From: Nitrospirota bacterium
Lineage (GTDB): Bacteria > JACPQY01
DNA length: 59,011 bases
Reading direction: 5' to 3'
Assembly (NCBI GenBank): GCA_016180645.1
Contig: JACPAV010000008.1
Coordinates: forward strand, 62,001 to 121,011
Shown here: one piece after another, positions 20,083 through 32,107 of the stretch
Layout: each line of letters starts with the position of its first letter
How positions within the stretch are numbered: position 1 is the first letter of the stretch
Translations under genes and position numbers: made by a program
The notes under the pieces: generated by a model
Told to the model about the DNA's origin: nothing
What the model saw: only the letters and a program-made list of their open reading frames with translations
The model's database searches: none

Positions 20083-20676
20083 ATGGATCCAATCGAAACG
20101 ACCATATCCCCCGCGAAGGAATCTCCCAACGACCGGGAGATCATCCGCGAGGTTTTGGGTGGCCACACGCAGAGCTACGAGGCGCTCATTCGCAGATATC
20201 AGGACCGGATTTTCGGATTTTGCATGACGACACTTTCAAACCGGGAGGAGGCCGAGGAGGCCGCCCAGGAGGTTTTCGTAAAAGCGTTTCGGTCGCTCGC
20301 CCGATTCAGGGGCGACGCAGCCTTTTCGACGTGGCTCATTCGGATTGCCGTGAACGAGTGTCGCGATGCGCTCCGACGGCGGTCCCGCCGCAGGGAGCTT
20401 TCCCTGGAGGAGCTGCAAGACAAATACGGAGAACAGGCCCGCACACTTTTTCTCGACCCGGCCGGGGAAGCCGACTCGGAGATGGCCGACCTCGTGGATC
20501 AACTCCTTTCATCTCTCCGGCCCGAGGAGCGAACCCTACTCGTCCTCCGCGAACGCGAAGGGCACAGCTACACCGAAATCGCGGCGATCCTCGGCTGCTC
20601 CGTCGATGCCGTGAAAGCCCGACTTCGCCGCGCCCGCCAGTCCCTGCGCGAGATGGCGCGACACTTTTCACCCTGA
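20083..20676 (+). CDS. ECF sigma-70 factor
   Basis: AEEAAQEVFVKA..F.GDAAFSTWL.RIA.N (region 2) and SY.EIA.ILG...VKARL.RAR (region 4). Confidence 0.92.
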   Translation: MDPIETTISPAKESPNDREIIREVLGGHTQSYEALIRRYQDRIFGFCMTTLSNREEAEEAAQEVFVKAFRSLARFRGDAAFSTWLIRIAVNECRDALRRRSRRRELSLEELQDKYGEQARTLFLDPAGEADSEMADLVDQLLSSLRPEERTLLVLREREGHSYTEIAAILGCSVDAVKARLRRARQSLREMARHFSP

Positions 20677-20722
20677 CTCAACGTCTAATCCTTCAGGCTC
20701 TTTTTGAAAATGCGTTGGACCG

Positions 20723-20845
20723 GTAGGCGCAGGCTTCAGCCTGCGTCCGAAGACGCACCCTAAAGGCCATGTTACATGCCGTGCCATCCGTGGCACGGCG
20801 ACATCTCATGGCCCCATACCGTCCTCGGCATGGGGGTGCGGCTAC
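20723..20845. repeat. GTAG REP doublet carrying a nested 67-nt element (20767-20833)
   Basis: Removing 69 nt restores GTAGGCGCAGGCTTCAGCCTGCG-TCCGAAGA-CGCACCCTAAAGGGTGCGGCTAC, near-identical to the reverse complement of 15422-15477. Confidence 0.88.
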
Positions 20846-20891
20846 CCGGACATCCCCTCGGAAGCGATGGGGTTTTCAAACAGAGCCTGAA

Positions 20892-21410
20892 ATGATCATG
20901 GACCACCGACAAGCTTGGGAGCTCCTCTCGCCCTATCGCGACGGCGAACTGAACAATGCCGACCAGAAGGCGGTCGCCGCCCACGTCGCCCATTGTGGAG
21001 AATGCCGATCCGAACTGGCCGCGTGGAACTCCATGGGCGCCGCCATCTTCCGTCGGCCCATGGCGGCCCCGTCCACCCATTTCTCCAGCCGTGTCATGGC
21101 GCGTTTGGCCGACCCTCCCATTCCGGTCTTCGATCCCGTTTGGCTCAGCCTGCGCCGCCCCGCTCCGCTCCGCTCCGGGGACGGCGAGCGGAATTGGGAT
21201 GCGGTCCTGCGCCGCTGGCTGATCCCTGCATTCGGCGCTGCCCTGGCCGCCGCGGCGCTGGCCCTCCTGGTGCCGGAACAAGATTCCACGGGCGCCACCG
21301 AACTCCTCCTCTTGGCCGATGCTCAGGAGGACTCCGGAACATTGGGGCCTCTCCTCGCATCAGAGATTGAAACTGATTCCTATGATGAACAGCTCTTGGA
21401 GGAACCATGA
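20892..21410 (+). CDS. Zinc-finger (HxxxCxxC) anti-sigma factor
   Basis: LSPYRDGEL..HVAHCGEC, one TM helix, downstream of the ECF sigma gene. Confidence 0.85.
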   Translation: MIMDHRQAWELLSPYRDGELNNADQKAVAAHVAHCGECRSELAAWNSMGAAIFRRPMAAPSTHFSSRVMARLADPPIPVFDPVWLSLRRPAPLRSGDGERNWDAVLRRWLIPAFGAALAAAALALLVPEQDSTGATELLLLADAQEDSGTLGPLLASEIETDSYDEQLLEEP

Positions 21411-21784
21411 GACCTTCCTGGAAAACGATCTCCGCCTCGTTGGCCGTTGGACTCCTGCTTGGCGCCGCTTTCGGATGGTGGGGGCACCGCATGCGCCTCG
21501 ATTCCTGGCGGGGCGAGCACCCCTACCAGCGCCTGCTTGAAAGATTCACTTCGAGACTCGACCTCACCCCGGAACAACAACGCCAGGTAGGCGCGATTCT
21601 GGAGGGCAAGCGCCAGAGGGTCCACGCGCTTCGGGCCGAAGTCCGCCCCCGATTCGATGACATCCGCCACACCACCGACGACGAAATCGCCCGGCTGCTC
21701 ACACCCGGACAGCGGGAACAGTTCGACACGATGAAGGCGCGGCGCGAGGAGCGTCGGCGGAAGCACCATCATCCCGACGAATAG
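21407..21784 (+). CDS. Periplasmic Spy/CpxP-like (heavy-metal sensor type) protein
   Basis: N-terminal TM segment, LDLTPEQ and LTPGQ repeats, His-rich tail. Confidence 0.75.
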   Translation: MRPSWKTISASLAVGLLLGAAFGWWGHRMRLDSWRGEHPYQRLLERFTSRLDLTPEQQRQVGAILEGKRQRVHALRAEVRPRFDDIRHTTDDEIARLLTPGQREQFDTMKARREERRRKHHHPDE

Positions 21785-21797
21785 TCGCCCCGCGTCC

Positions 21798-23051
21798 ATG
21801 TCTGTTCTGCTTGCCGTCGTTCTCATGCTCTCCCTCTCCCGGGCGGCCTCGGCGGAGTCCCTCACTTGGGACGCATGCCTGCGGGAAGCGTCCGAACGCA
21901 ACCCCGAGTTGGCCGCTGCACAGGAACGCCTCGCCGCCGCCCGCGAGCGCGCCACCGGTGCGTACAGCCCCTTCCTCCCGCAACTCTCGGCGGGCGCGGA
22001 CTGGTCCCGTGCCCGGTCTTCCGCCTCCGGTGGATCATCGGCAGCACGAAACGACGTGAGTGCGGGCCTCTCGGCCCGGCAGAATCTTTTTGCGGGCTGG
22101 AAGGATACCGCATCCCTCGGGAAGGCCCGCGCCGAACGGATGGCCGCGGAAGCCGACCTTCAGGACACCAGTTCCAGGCTCAGGCTGGACTTGGCATCGG
22201 CCTTCGCTCAGTTGTCCTTCGGCCAGGACGCTCTCCGGCTGGCCGAAACAATCCTCTCACGGAGGCAGGAAAACGTCCGGCTCGTCGAACTCCGCTTTGA
22301 AGCCGGGCGCGAGAACAAGGGATCGTATCTCCGGAGCAAGGCCGCCGGGAGTCAAGCCCGGTTCGAAGTCGCTCAAGCCGACCGCGCGCTCGGGGTGAAG
22401 CGCAGACAGTTGGCACGGATTCTTGGGCGGAACGACGCGGCCGACCTGGTCGTCTCAGGAGATGTTCCCCCGCTTCCCTCCGACCCCAATCCGGATTTCC
22501 GCGGTATCGCTGAGGATGTCCCCTCGCTTCAGCGCGCTCGCGCAGCCGTCGATTCGGCTGGAGCCGGCGTGGAGTCGGCGCGGGGCCAGCTCTTCCCCGG
22601 AGTCGACGCCCTCACCAGCTTCGCCCGCGGCGGCGACGAGTGGCCGCCCGATTCCAATCGTTGGTCCGCCGGCCTGTCCATGACCTATCCCTTCTTCCCG
22701 GGTGGAAGAACCGCCTATGATATTCGAAGCGCACGGGCCGAGGAGCGTCGCGCCGAAGCCACGCTGCGAGATACGCGTGAGCGCGCCGTGGCGGACCTGG
22801 AAGCGGCGCTGAGCCGATATCGGGACGCCGTCGAGCGCTACGGGGTCCAAAATGAATTTCTTGAGGCGGCGCGCCTCCGGGCCGAAATCGGCCGCAGCCA
22901 ATACACAAGCGGACTCTTGTCCTTCCAGGATTGGGACTTGATCGAGAATGATCTCATTTCGACGGAGAAATCATGGCTCGCCTCCAAGACGGACGTTTGG
23001 CTGGCACAGGCAGAATGGTTGAGGGCGCAAGGGAAAGGTCTGGATCGATGA
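21798..23051 (+). CDS. TolC-family outer membrane efflux protein
   Basis: Signal peptide, NPEL..A, two helical OEP repeats; lies in an operon with macA/macB. Confidence 0.88.
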   Translation: MSVLLAVVLMLSLSRAASAESLTWDACLREASERNPELAAAQERLAAARERATGAYSPFLPQLSAGADWSRARSSASGGSSAARNDVSAGLSARQNLFAGWKDTASLGKARAERMAAEADLQDTSSRLRLDLASAFAQLSFGQDALRLAETILSRRQENVRLVELRFEAGRENKGSYLRSKAAGSQARFEVAQADRALGVKRRQLARILGRNDAADLVVSGDVPPLPSDPNPDFRGIAEDVPSLQRARAAVDSAGAGVESARGQLFPGVDALTSFARGGDEWPPDSNRWSAGLSMTYPFFPGGRTAYDIRSARAEERRAEATLRDTRERAVADLEAALSRYRDAVERYGVQNEFLEAARLRAEIGRSQYTSGLLSFQDWDLIENDLISTEKSWLASKTDVWLAQAEWLRAQGKGLDR

Positions 23052-24024
23052 GAGTCAAATGGTTCATGATCCTCGCCGCGCTCGCGCTCCTGGCCGCCGG
23101 AGGCTTTTGGGCGCTTCGAAAAAAGGAGCGCAAGGCGGAAACCATCACCTACCGAACCATCCGTGTTGAGCGGGGCGACCTCCAGGTTTCCATTCTAGCT
23201 ACAGGCATCGTTCAGCCGCGCACCCGCGTCGAAATCAAACCGCCCCTCGGCGGCCGCGTGGAAGACATTCGCTTTGGAGAAGGGCAGAGCGTGCAGAAGG
23301 GGGAGGTGGTCGCGTGGATGAGTTCGGTCGAGCGCGCCGCCCTCTTGGACGCCGCCCGTGCCAAGGGACCGGAGGAATTGGCCCACTGGGAACAGCTCTA
23401 CAAACCCATGCCTCTGGTCGCGCCACTCAACGGGGTCATCATCGCGCGCAATGTCGAACCCGGCCAGAGCGTTTCGGCCCAGGACGCCGTGCTCGTCATG
23501 TCCGACCGGCTCATCGTCCAGGCCCAGGTCGACGAAACGGACATCGGGCAGGTGCGGGTCGGCCAGAGCGCCGAGATCGTCCTCGATGCGTATCCCTCCG
23601 ACCTCATTCCGGCGCAGGTCTCGCACATCGCCTACGAAGCAAGGACCGTGAACAACGTCACCATCTACGAAGTGGACATCACGCCGGGCCGCGTCCCACC
23701 CTTCATGCGGAGCGGCATGACGGCCAACGTCACCATGAAAGCCGAAGCCCGCAAGGGCGTGCTCGTGCTTCCGGCGGAGGCGATTCGGCAGGAGGATGGT
23801 CATGCCGTTGTCTCCGTGCCCGGCCCAACGCCGCGCCAACCCGGTTCGAGATCCGTCGAAACGGGCGTGACGGACGGCAAGCGCGTCGAGATCCGATCGG
23901 GGCTCGCGGAGGGCGACGTGGTTCTGATGAAAAGTTTCCGTATTCCCTCCACCGAAGGAACCAAGACCAGTCCCTTCATGCCGTGGGGCCAGCGCAAGGC
24001 CGGCGGCAAGGAGGGAAAATCGAG

Positions 24025-24028
<4 letters not shown>
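23048..24028 (+). CDS. macA: Efflux periplasmic adaptor (MacA-like)
   Basis: ATG 23048 overlaps the TolC-family stop; TM anchor, APLNG..GQSV, VDETDIGQV..GQ, GMTANV. Confidence 0.82.
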
Positions 24029-26118
<2,090 letters not shown>

Positions 26119-26181
26119 CCGGCCTCGCGTTGACCTCCGGAGGATTTCTGGATACAATCTATTCTCATTGAGGAGCACACG

Positions 26182-26508
26182 ATGATTACCATCACCGAGA
26201 AGGCAGCCGAAGAATTGAAGAAACTTCTTTCCTCCGAGGAGGAGTTGAAGCAGCCGGTCCTCCGTCTGAAAGTGGTCCCCGGCGGATGCTCAGGCTATTC
26301 GTACGCGATGGCGTTTGAAGAAGGCGCTCGAGCCAACGATGCCATTGCCGAGGTTCAGGGTGTGAAAGTGGCCATCGACCCCGACAGCCAGCCCCATCTC
26401 AAGGGCTTGCATCTGGATTTTCAGGACGGCCTCACCGACGGCGGTTTCAAGATTCAGAATCCCAACGCGAAATCGACCTGCGGCTGCGGCTCCTCGTTCC
26501 AGACTTGA
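26182..26508 (+). CDS. A-type Fe-S cluster carrier (IscA/ErpA/HesB family)
   Basis: GGCSG and NPNAKSTCGCGSSF. Confidence 0.93.
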   Translation: MITITEKAAEELKKLLSSEEELKQPVLRLKVVPGGCSGYSYAMAFEEGARANDAIAEVQGVKVAIDPDSQPHLKGLHLDFQDGLTDGGFKIQNPNAKSTCGCGSSFQT

Positions 26509-26521
26509 GTTCCAGACCTCT

Positions 26522-26574
26522 GTAGCCGCGGGCTTTAGCCCGCGCCTTCCACGCAGCCTGAAGACTGCGGCTAC
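26522..26574. repeat. GTAG REP doublet between convergent genes
   Basis: GTAGCCGCGGGC-TTTA-GCCCGCG..CGCAGCC-TGAA-GACTGCGGCTAC. Confidence 0.85.
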
Positions 26575-26599
26575 CCCTGATTGGAAGCCGCCCGCTTCT

Positions 26600-27199
26600 C
26601 TAGCTTGCGTTCCCGCTGCGGATCAGCGACATGAATTCATTGCGGGTGCGTTCGTCCTTCTTGAAGACCCCCATCATCGAATTCGTCACCATCTTCGCAT
26701 TCGCTTTCTTCACTCCCCGCATCGTCATGCAGAGATGCTCCGCCTCCATGCTCACCGCCGTGCCTTGCGGTTTCAGCGCGGTGTTCACGAAATCGGCGAT
26801 CTGTGACGTCAGCCGCTCCTGAATTTGGACGCGGCGCGAGTAGGCCTCCACAATCCTCGGAATCTTGCTGAGGCCGATAATCCGCCCCGATGGAATGTAG
26901 GCGATATGGCAGCGTCCAAAGAACGGCAGAAGATGATGCTCGCATAGGCTGTAAAACTCGATGCCCTTGACCACCACCATCTCATCGTACTGCGACTCGA
27001 ATAACGCTCCGTTGATCAGGGCTTCGGGCGTGACGGAATAGCCGGCCGTCAGCTCCTTGTACATGCGGGCGATGCGATCCGGAGTTTTGCGCAGTCCCTC
27101 CCGGCCGGGATCCTCCCCGACGGCCTTCAGGAGTTCGACGACAGCCGATTGAATGATCCCGTTCGAGCTGTGACCCGTAGCTTGTTTTTCTTCAGCCAA
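26600..27199 (-). CDS. folE: GTP cyclohydrolase I
   Basis: REGL.KTP.R, CEHH, GLSK, QERLT, HLCM.MRG. Probable TTG start at 27199 after GGAGG (track start 27223). Confidence 0.93.
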   Translation of the reverse strand: MAEEKQATGHSSNGIIQSAVVELLKAVGEDPGREGLRKTPDRIARMYKELTAGYSVTPEALINGALFESQYDEMVVVKGIEFYSLCEHHLLPFFGRCHIAYIPSGRIIGLSKIPRIVEAYSRRVQIQERLTSQIADFVNTALKPQGTAVSMEAEHLCMTMRGVKKANAKMVTNSMMGVFKKDERTRNEFMSLIRSGNAS

Positions 27200-27306
27200 T
27201 GGAACCTCCCACGCAATCCCCAATCCACGCTGGGACGTATTGCGAGACCGCGATGATCCCGCTTTTGGGTTGGACTGTCAAACTCCCGGTCTCCGACGTG
27301 GTCCAT

Positions 27307-27819
27307 TCACACGTCGAAGACCACGAACGCTTTCCAGCATGGCCGCCCTTGCCGCCGGATTCGGCTGATCGAGAGGCCGTGGAGTGTCACCGCTTTTATT
27401 TCATCCTTCAGTTCGTGGCGTGCCGGGTCAAACCGTTCGCCTTCTATAACCGCGTTCAGAACCAGCCGTTGTACCTGTTCAGCCCCCTCACCCTCTCCCG
27501 CCAGGGGAGAGGGAGAAGATTTTCCCCTCACCCTCACTGGTTTGGCGCGATTCACCGATACTCCGACTCTTCGACCCAGCCACCCTCCGGCCTGCTGCCG
27601 GTAGTGGACCTCCCGAAGTAGCTGATAAAGCAGATCTACCGGCGATGACGCCCGCACCTTCAATCGCCACGTCCGCCGAGGTCTGATCGTATTCGGAGTT
27701 GTAATAAGGTCGAAATAAGCGAGAATCGCGTTCCGATACAGCGCTCTCAGAGTAGCTCCATAAACCTCGATGGCTAGATCCGCCGTATGTTCAACCTGCC
27801 GGTAGTCAGGCTTCTTCAC
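27307..27819 (-). CDS. Archease with a repeat-derived insert
   Basis: EHTAD N-terminal motif, EIKAVTLHGL, VVFDV C-terminus. Confidence 0.88.
   Translation of the reverse strand: MKKPDYRQVEHTADLAIEVYGATLRALYRNAILAYFDLITTPNTIRPRRTWRLKVRASSPVDLLYQLLREVHYRQQAGGWLGRRVGVSVNRAKPVRVRGKSSPSPLAGEGEGAEQVQRLVLNAVIEGERFDPARHELKDEIKAVTLHGLSISRIRRQGRPCWKAFVVFDV
27483..27535. repeat. CCCTCACCC/CCCTCTCCC-type hairpin repeat inside the archease gene
   Basis: CCCCTCA-CCCTCTCCC-GCCAG-GGGAGAGGG, then a second CCCCTCACCCTC. Confidence 0.75.
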
Positions 27820-27840
27820 TCCGGCCCCCGCAGACAGCCC

Positions 27841-28869
27841 TCAGAGCGATTTCCAGAATGGCTTGAAGTTCTTCTTGAGGTCTCCAACGTAATCCTTTAT
27901 TCGGACGCTTGCCGCAGGAGTCTTTACCATCGGATCGTTCAGCAGCGCGTGGAAGACGGCCTGGGTGCCCTCCTGAAGTCCCGTTTCGGAATACCCACCT
28001 TCCAAGGCCACCACGAGCTTCCCATCGGCCGACGCGGACGCGACCGACTTCAGTGCTCGCGTCATGTAACCGTAGCCTGGGCCCGTGAGCCCCATCCCGG
28101 CAAGGGGGTCATCCTTGTGGGCATCGAAGCCGGCGGAGATCATCACGATTTGCGGACGATATTCCGTTGCGATGGGCAGGATCACCTCATCGAAAATCGC
28201 CCTGAACTCCCCATCGCCCTGCCCCGCCGGCAGGGGGACGTTGACCGTGAAGCCTTCGCCTTCCCCCATGCCGACGTCCCGATAGTGTCCGGTCCCGGGG
28301 TAGAACGGATACTGGTGGGTCGAGACATACAGACAATGTGGGTCTTCGAAGAATGCGTGCTGGGTCCCGTTCCCATGATGGACGTCCCAATCCACGATGA
28401 GAATTCGATCCAGCTTGTGCTTCGAGCGCGCGTAGGCGGCCGCAATCGCGATGTTGTTGAATAAGCAGAAACCCATCGCCCTGTCCCGTTCCGCGTGGTG
28501 ACCCGGTGGACGGACCATGGCAAACACCGAGTCCAGTTTGCCGTCCATGACCCGATCCACCGCCTCGCACAATCCGCCGACGGCCAGCACCGCCGCTTCA
28601 TACGAGCCTTCTGACGTTTGGGTATCGGCGTCGAGTTGCGCGCGAGGAGATCCCTGCGTCGCCCGGATCGTTTCGATGTGCGAAAGCGTATGGACGCGAG
28701 CGATATCCTCCTCCGTGGCCGGGCGAGGCACGACCGTATCCAGACGATCGTGGAGGCCGGAGGATGTCAGCCCGGACGTGATCCACTGGAGACGTTCCGA
28801 CTTCTCCGGGTGCTGCCAGGTGCGATGTCCAAGGAACACGTCCGAGTAAAGAAGACCCACGCGGGACAT
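27841..28869 (-). CDS. Histone deacetylase-family (class II-like) zinc deacetylase
   Basis: HPE..ERL, RPPGHHA, GFCLFNN, DWDVHHGNGTQ, SAGFD, LEGGY. Confidence 0.93.
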   Translation of the reverse strand: MSRVGLLYSDVFLGHRTWQHPEKSERLQWITSGLTSSGLHDRLDTVVPRPATEEDIARVHTLSHIETIRATQGSPRAQLDADTQTSEGSYEAAVLAVGGLCEAVDRVMDGKLDSVFAMVRPPGHHAERDRAMGFCLFNNIAIAAAYARSKHKLDRILIVDWDVHHGNGTQHAFFEDPHCLYVSTHQYPFYPGTGHYRDVGMGEGEGFTVNVPLPAGQGDGEFRAIFDEVILPIATEYRPQIVMISAGFDAHKDDPLAGMGLTGPGYGYMTRALKSVASASADGKLVVALEGGYSETGLQEGTQAVFHALLNDPMVKTPAASVRIKDYVGDLKKNFKPFWKSL

Positions 28870-28938
28870 AAATCGATCGTACCCGATTCCCCAATCCTTG
28901 ACGAGGTGGAGGCGTTCTCATAGACTCCCCACGGTTCG

Positions 28939-29814
28939 ATGACTGCCGGCAACGCATCCTTCACAAAGAGACTCGCCAAGCGCCTTCTCAAGTCGCACGA
29001 TCTGGATCGTATCCTTCAGATTCGTATTCACGACCAGGGGTGGGGCTACGACAAGTTCGGGATGGACAAGTATTCCGTGGCGCTCACGTATGCCATGACC
29101 AAGTTTCTCTACGAGAGGTGGTTCCGGGTGATGAGCTTCGGTCACGAGCACATTCCACGGAACGGACGGGCCATCCTCGCGGCAAACCATAGCGGCGTCA
29201 TCCCCATGGACGGTGGGCTGGTCGCTCTCGATCTCCTGCACCGGATGGACCCACCCCGTCTGATGCGAGCGGTGGTGGACAATTTCGCCGCCCGCTTTCC
29301 GTACATCAACATCTGGTTCAGTCGCGTGGGACAAGTCATCGGCACGCGCAAGAATTTCGAAGAACTCCTCAACAACGAGGAGCTGGTCATGGTTTTCCCC
29401 GAGGGCGCCAAGGGTCCGGGCAAGATGATTTGGGACCGCTACAAACTTCTCAAGTTCAACGTCGGTTTCATGGAGCTGTCGCTGCGATACAAGGCCCCGA
29501 TCATTCCCATCGCCATCGTCGGCGGCGAGGAGCAGGCGCCGATGATCGGGAACATCAAGCCCCTGGCCCGACTCGCGGGGATGCCTTACTTCCCCGTGAC
29601 CCCGTTCTTTCCCCATCTGGGACCTCTGTCCCTGTTTCCTCTTCCCGTTCGGTATCGCATCTACTATGGCGAGCCCTTCGATTTCCACAAAGAGTTCGGC
29701 GAGGACGCGGTAAACGATCCGAAGAAGGTCGAGAAGTGCGTCGGCATCGTGAAGGACAAGATCCACGACATGATCCAGAAGGGCCTCCGCGAGCGGAAGG
29801 GAATCTTCTTTTGA
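28939..29814 (+). CDS. Lysophospholipid acyltransferase (PlsC-like)
   Basis: NHSG.IPMD (HX4-5D), FPEG and PIIP blocks. Confidence 0.88.
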   Translation: MTAGNASFTKRLAKRLLKSHDLDRILQIRIHDQGWGYDKFGMDKYSVALTYAMTKFLYERWFRVMSFGHEHIPRNGRAILAANHSGVIPMDGGLVALDLLHRMDPPRLMRAVVDNFAARFPYINIWFSRVGQVIGTRKNFEELLNNEELVMVFPEGAKGPGKMIWDRYKLLKFNVGFMELSLRYKAPIIPIAIVGGEEQAPMIGNIKPLARLAGMPYFPVTPFFPHLGPLSLFPLPVRYRIYYGEPFDFHKEFGEDAVNDPKKVEKCVGIVKDKIHDMIQKGLRERKGIFF

Positions 29815-29913
29815 GTGGGAGAAACCAGCATGAAGTTCCGAAGGACGCTCCCTCCCGGGTTAGTTGTCCGTTCGGCGCGTGGCTCGCCTTGGTGGGCAGC
29901 ATAGGAGGAATCC

Positions 29914-31152
29914 ATGGCCGCTGAAACCAAGAACATGAGTCCGTTCTCGCCGAACAGTCCGGTGCAGGCCGAGTTGTTCGTGGGCCGCAGGGGCCAGATT
30001 CAGCGCATGGTAGATCGAGGAATCGTTCAGGTTGTCGCCGGCAAGCCAATGGCATTCTTCATCGAAGGGGAATACGGGATAGGCAAGAGCTCCATAGCCA
30101 ACCTGATTCGATGGTTGGCTGCAAGAGATTTCGGGGTTTTTGGTATCTATGCACCGCTTGGAGGCGCAAGAGACTTGCGGGATGTAGGAGAGATCATCCT
30201 CCAGCAGACGGTGCGAGCCGGCCACCTCGATCCGACTAAATGGGAGGGATTGAAAGACAAGCTCGCCAAATACGTTGGAAAGCAGGAGGTGTCGCTGTTC
30301 GGTTTCGGCCTGAACCTTGATCTTGCAGCGCTGAAGACCGATGCGCCCCAGATCGCAACACATTTCGGACTGCTTAGCTTCCTTGGAGATGTGCTCGGGC
30401 GCCTGCGCCGAGCCGAGCAGAGTACCAAAGGAATCATGCTGGTCCTGGACGAAATCAATGGCATAGCGGCTAACCCGGAGTTCTCGCGATTCCTGAAGAG
30501 CCTCTGGGATGCGAATGCCGCCGACCCATCACACCAACTGCCCCTGATGTTGGTTCTGTGCGGCACCAAAGAGCGACGATTCGACATGATGGCCCAGCAT
30601 GAACCTGTAGAGCGCATTTTCGAGCTTATCCAGATTGCGCCTCTAGACCAAGCGGAAATGGGGAACTTCTTCACCAGGGCGTTTGAAAGCGTTCAAATGA
30701 AGGTCGATCAGAACGTGCTGGAGTTCATGACATGGTATTCTGCGGGGTTTCCTCGGATCATGCATCTAGTTGGGGATGCGGCCTATTGGCTCGATACCGA
30801 TGGCGTCGTATCGAAGGACGATGCGATAGGGGCGGTATTGACGGCAGCGGAGGAGTTAGGAAGAAAATTCGTGGACGCTAGAGTATACGCCGCTCTACAG
30901 TCGGCTGACTACCAGGCCATTCTCCAGAAGATTGGGCAATTGGGACCCGCCGAAACGGCTTTCAACAGGAAACAGGTCCTTACGGGACTGACGGAGGCTC
31001 AGATAGGCAAGTTCGACAATTTCCTGACCAAGATGAAGCACCTGAATGTGATCAAGCAAGGGCCGGTGAGGGGTGAATATGAGTTCACTATGCGCATGGT
31101 GCGCGTGTATATTTGGATGCGTAGCACCCCCCCCGTGACCCAACCCAAGTGA
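29914..31152 (+). CDS. P-loop AAA-type ATPase (archaeal-ATPase/STAND-like)
   Basis: SPFSP..FVGR, Walker A GEYGIGKS, Walker B LVLDE, AGFPR; probable C-terminal winged helix. Confidence 0.82.
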   Translation: MAAETKNMSPFSPNSPVQAELFVGRRGQIQRMVDRGIVQVVAGKPMAFFIEGEYGIGKSSIANLIRWLAARDFGVFGIYAPLGGARDLRDVGEIILQQTVRAGHLDPTKWEGLKDKLAKYVGKQEVSLFGFGLNLDLAALKTDAPQIATHFGLLSFLGDVLGRLRRAEQSTKGIMLVLDEINGIAANPEFSRFLKSLWDANAADPSHQLPLMLVLCGTKERRFDMMAQHEPVERIFELIQIAPLDQAEMGNFFTRAFESVQMKVDQNVLEFMTWYSAGFPRIMHLVGDAAYWLDTDGVVSKDDAIGAVLTAAEELGRKFVDARVYAALQSADYQAILQKIGQLGPAETAFNRKQVLTGLTEAQIGKFDNFLTKMKHLNVIKQGPVRGEYEFTMRMVRVYIWMRSTPPVTQPK

Positions 31153-31160
31153 CCCCGGCA

Positions 31161-31223
31161 AAGGACAAAATCAACGACATGATCCAGAAGGGTCTGCGCG
31201 AACGCAAAGGGATCTTCTACTGA
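31161..31223 (+). repeat. Diverged duplicate of the last 21 codons of the acyltransferase (other copy 29752-29814)
   Basis: 53/63 nt identical by manual count; KDKINDMIQKGLRERKGIFY* versus KDKIHDMIQKGLRERKGIFF*. Confidence 0.92.
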
Positions 31224-31252
31224 CGCCCTCAGCCCGGACTGCCGTTTGAAGC

Positions 31253-32107
31253 GTGAGTAGGAGGAAGGCTCCCGCAGGGGCGCCGAGCAAGACACAGATC
31301 GACAAGCTCGGCGAGCGTCTGAAGTCTGGAAAATTAACCGATTCCGATTTGATTGCCCTTGACGAGTATCGACGGTCCTTCGGAGAAGCCTTTGAGCACG
31401 CCATGGGTGAAATCCGGGACAAACTCAAGCTGAAACCCACGGGAAGACCCGCGAAATCCACAACTTCCATCATTGAGAAACTTCGACGCGAAAGCATCCG
31501 CTTGACGCAAATCCAAGACATCGCGGGATGCTGAATCATCCTGAGTGATATCGTGGAACAGAATCGTGTTGTTTCGGACCTGACACGCCTGCTACCCAAA
31601 GCCGCCGTTGCCGATCGACGCGAAACGCCGAGTTACGGCTACCGAGCCGTTCATGTCATTCCTAGAATCAAGGGAAAGCTGATCGAGATTCAGGTCCGAA
31701 CCTTGTTGCAGCATCTGTGGGGCGATTTCTCCGAAAAACTTTCCGACAGGTTCGACCCTTCCATCAAGTACGGCGGAGGGGACTCTGACATCCGCCTAAC
31801 CCTCCATAACACCACTCGTGCCGTAGCCGCACACGAAGGGTTGGAGGAACGGCACGCCAGATTGGCGGCCAAATTCGAGTTGATAAAGCGGGCGCGAACA
31901 ACGAAAACCGAGACGCTATTTGATAGGGCAATTCGCGAGGTCCGAATCAGATTCATTAGGCTGGGATGGACATCAACTGACCCTATCCTTGATCTGGAGG
32001 GGGAACTTGAGCAAGCAACGCTGGAAATAGCTAGACAACGAGGTAAAATGGCAAACGTAATGGAAGAGAGCATCACTCGCGTAGAACGATTCGACAAGAA
32101 GGCCTGA
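31253..32107 (+). pseudogene. RelA/SpoT-domain (small alarmone synthetase-like) gene with an in-frame TGA at 31532-31534
   Basis: The two track ORFs share one frame: R.K...SIIEKLRR, QDIAGC*II, GYRAVH, EIQVRT. The stop falls at the Arg expected in DIAGxR. Confidence 0.8.

Noticed and set aside
23314-24024. N-terminal 237-aa extension of MacB
   Set aside because: Overlaps macA in another frame; ATG 24025 has an RBS and stop overlap.
29855-29880. attC remnant before the ATPase (GTTAGTT/GTTCGGC)
   Set aside because: No matching inverse core or hairpin found.
31532-31534. Selenocysteine or recoded TGA
   Set aside because: The position corresponds to Arg rather than Cys, and TGA is an ordinary stop in many genes here.
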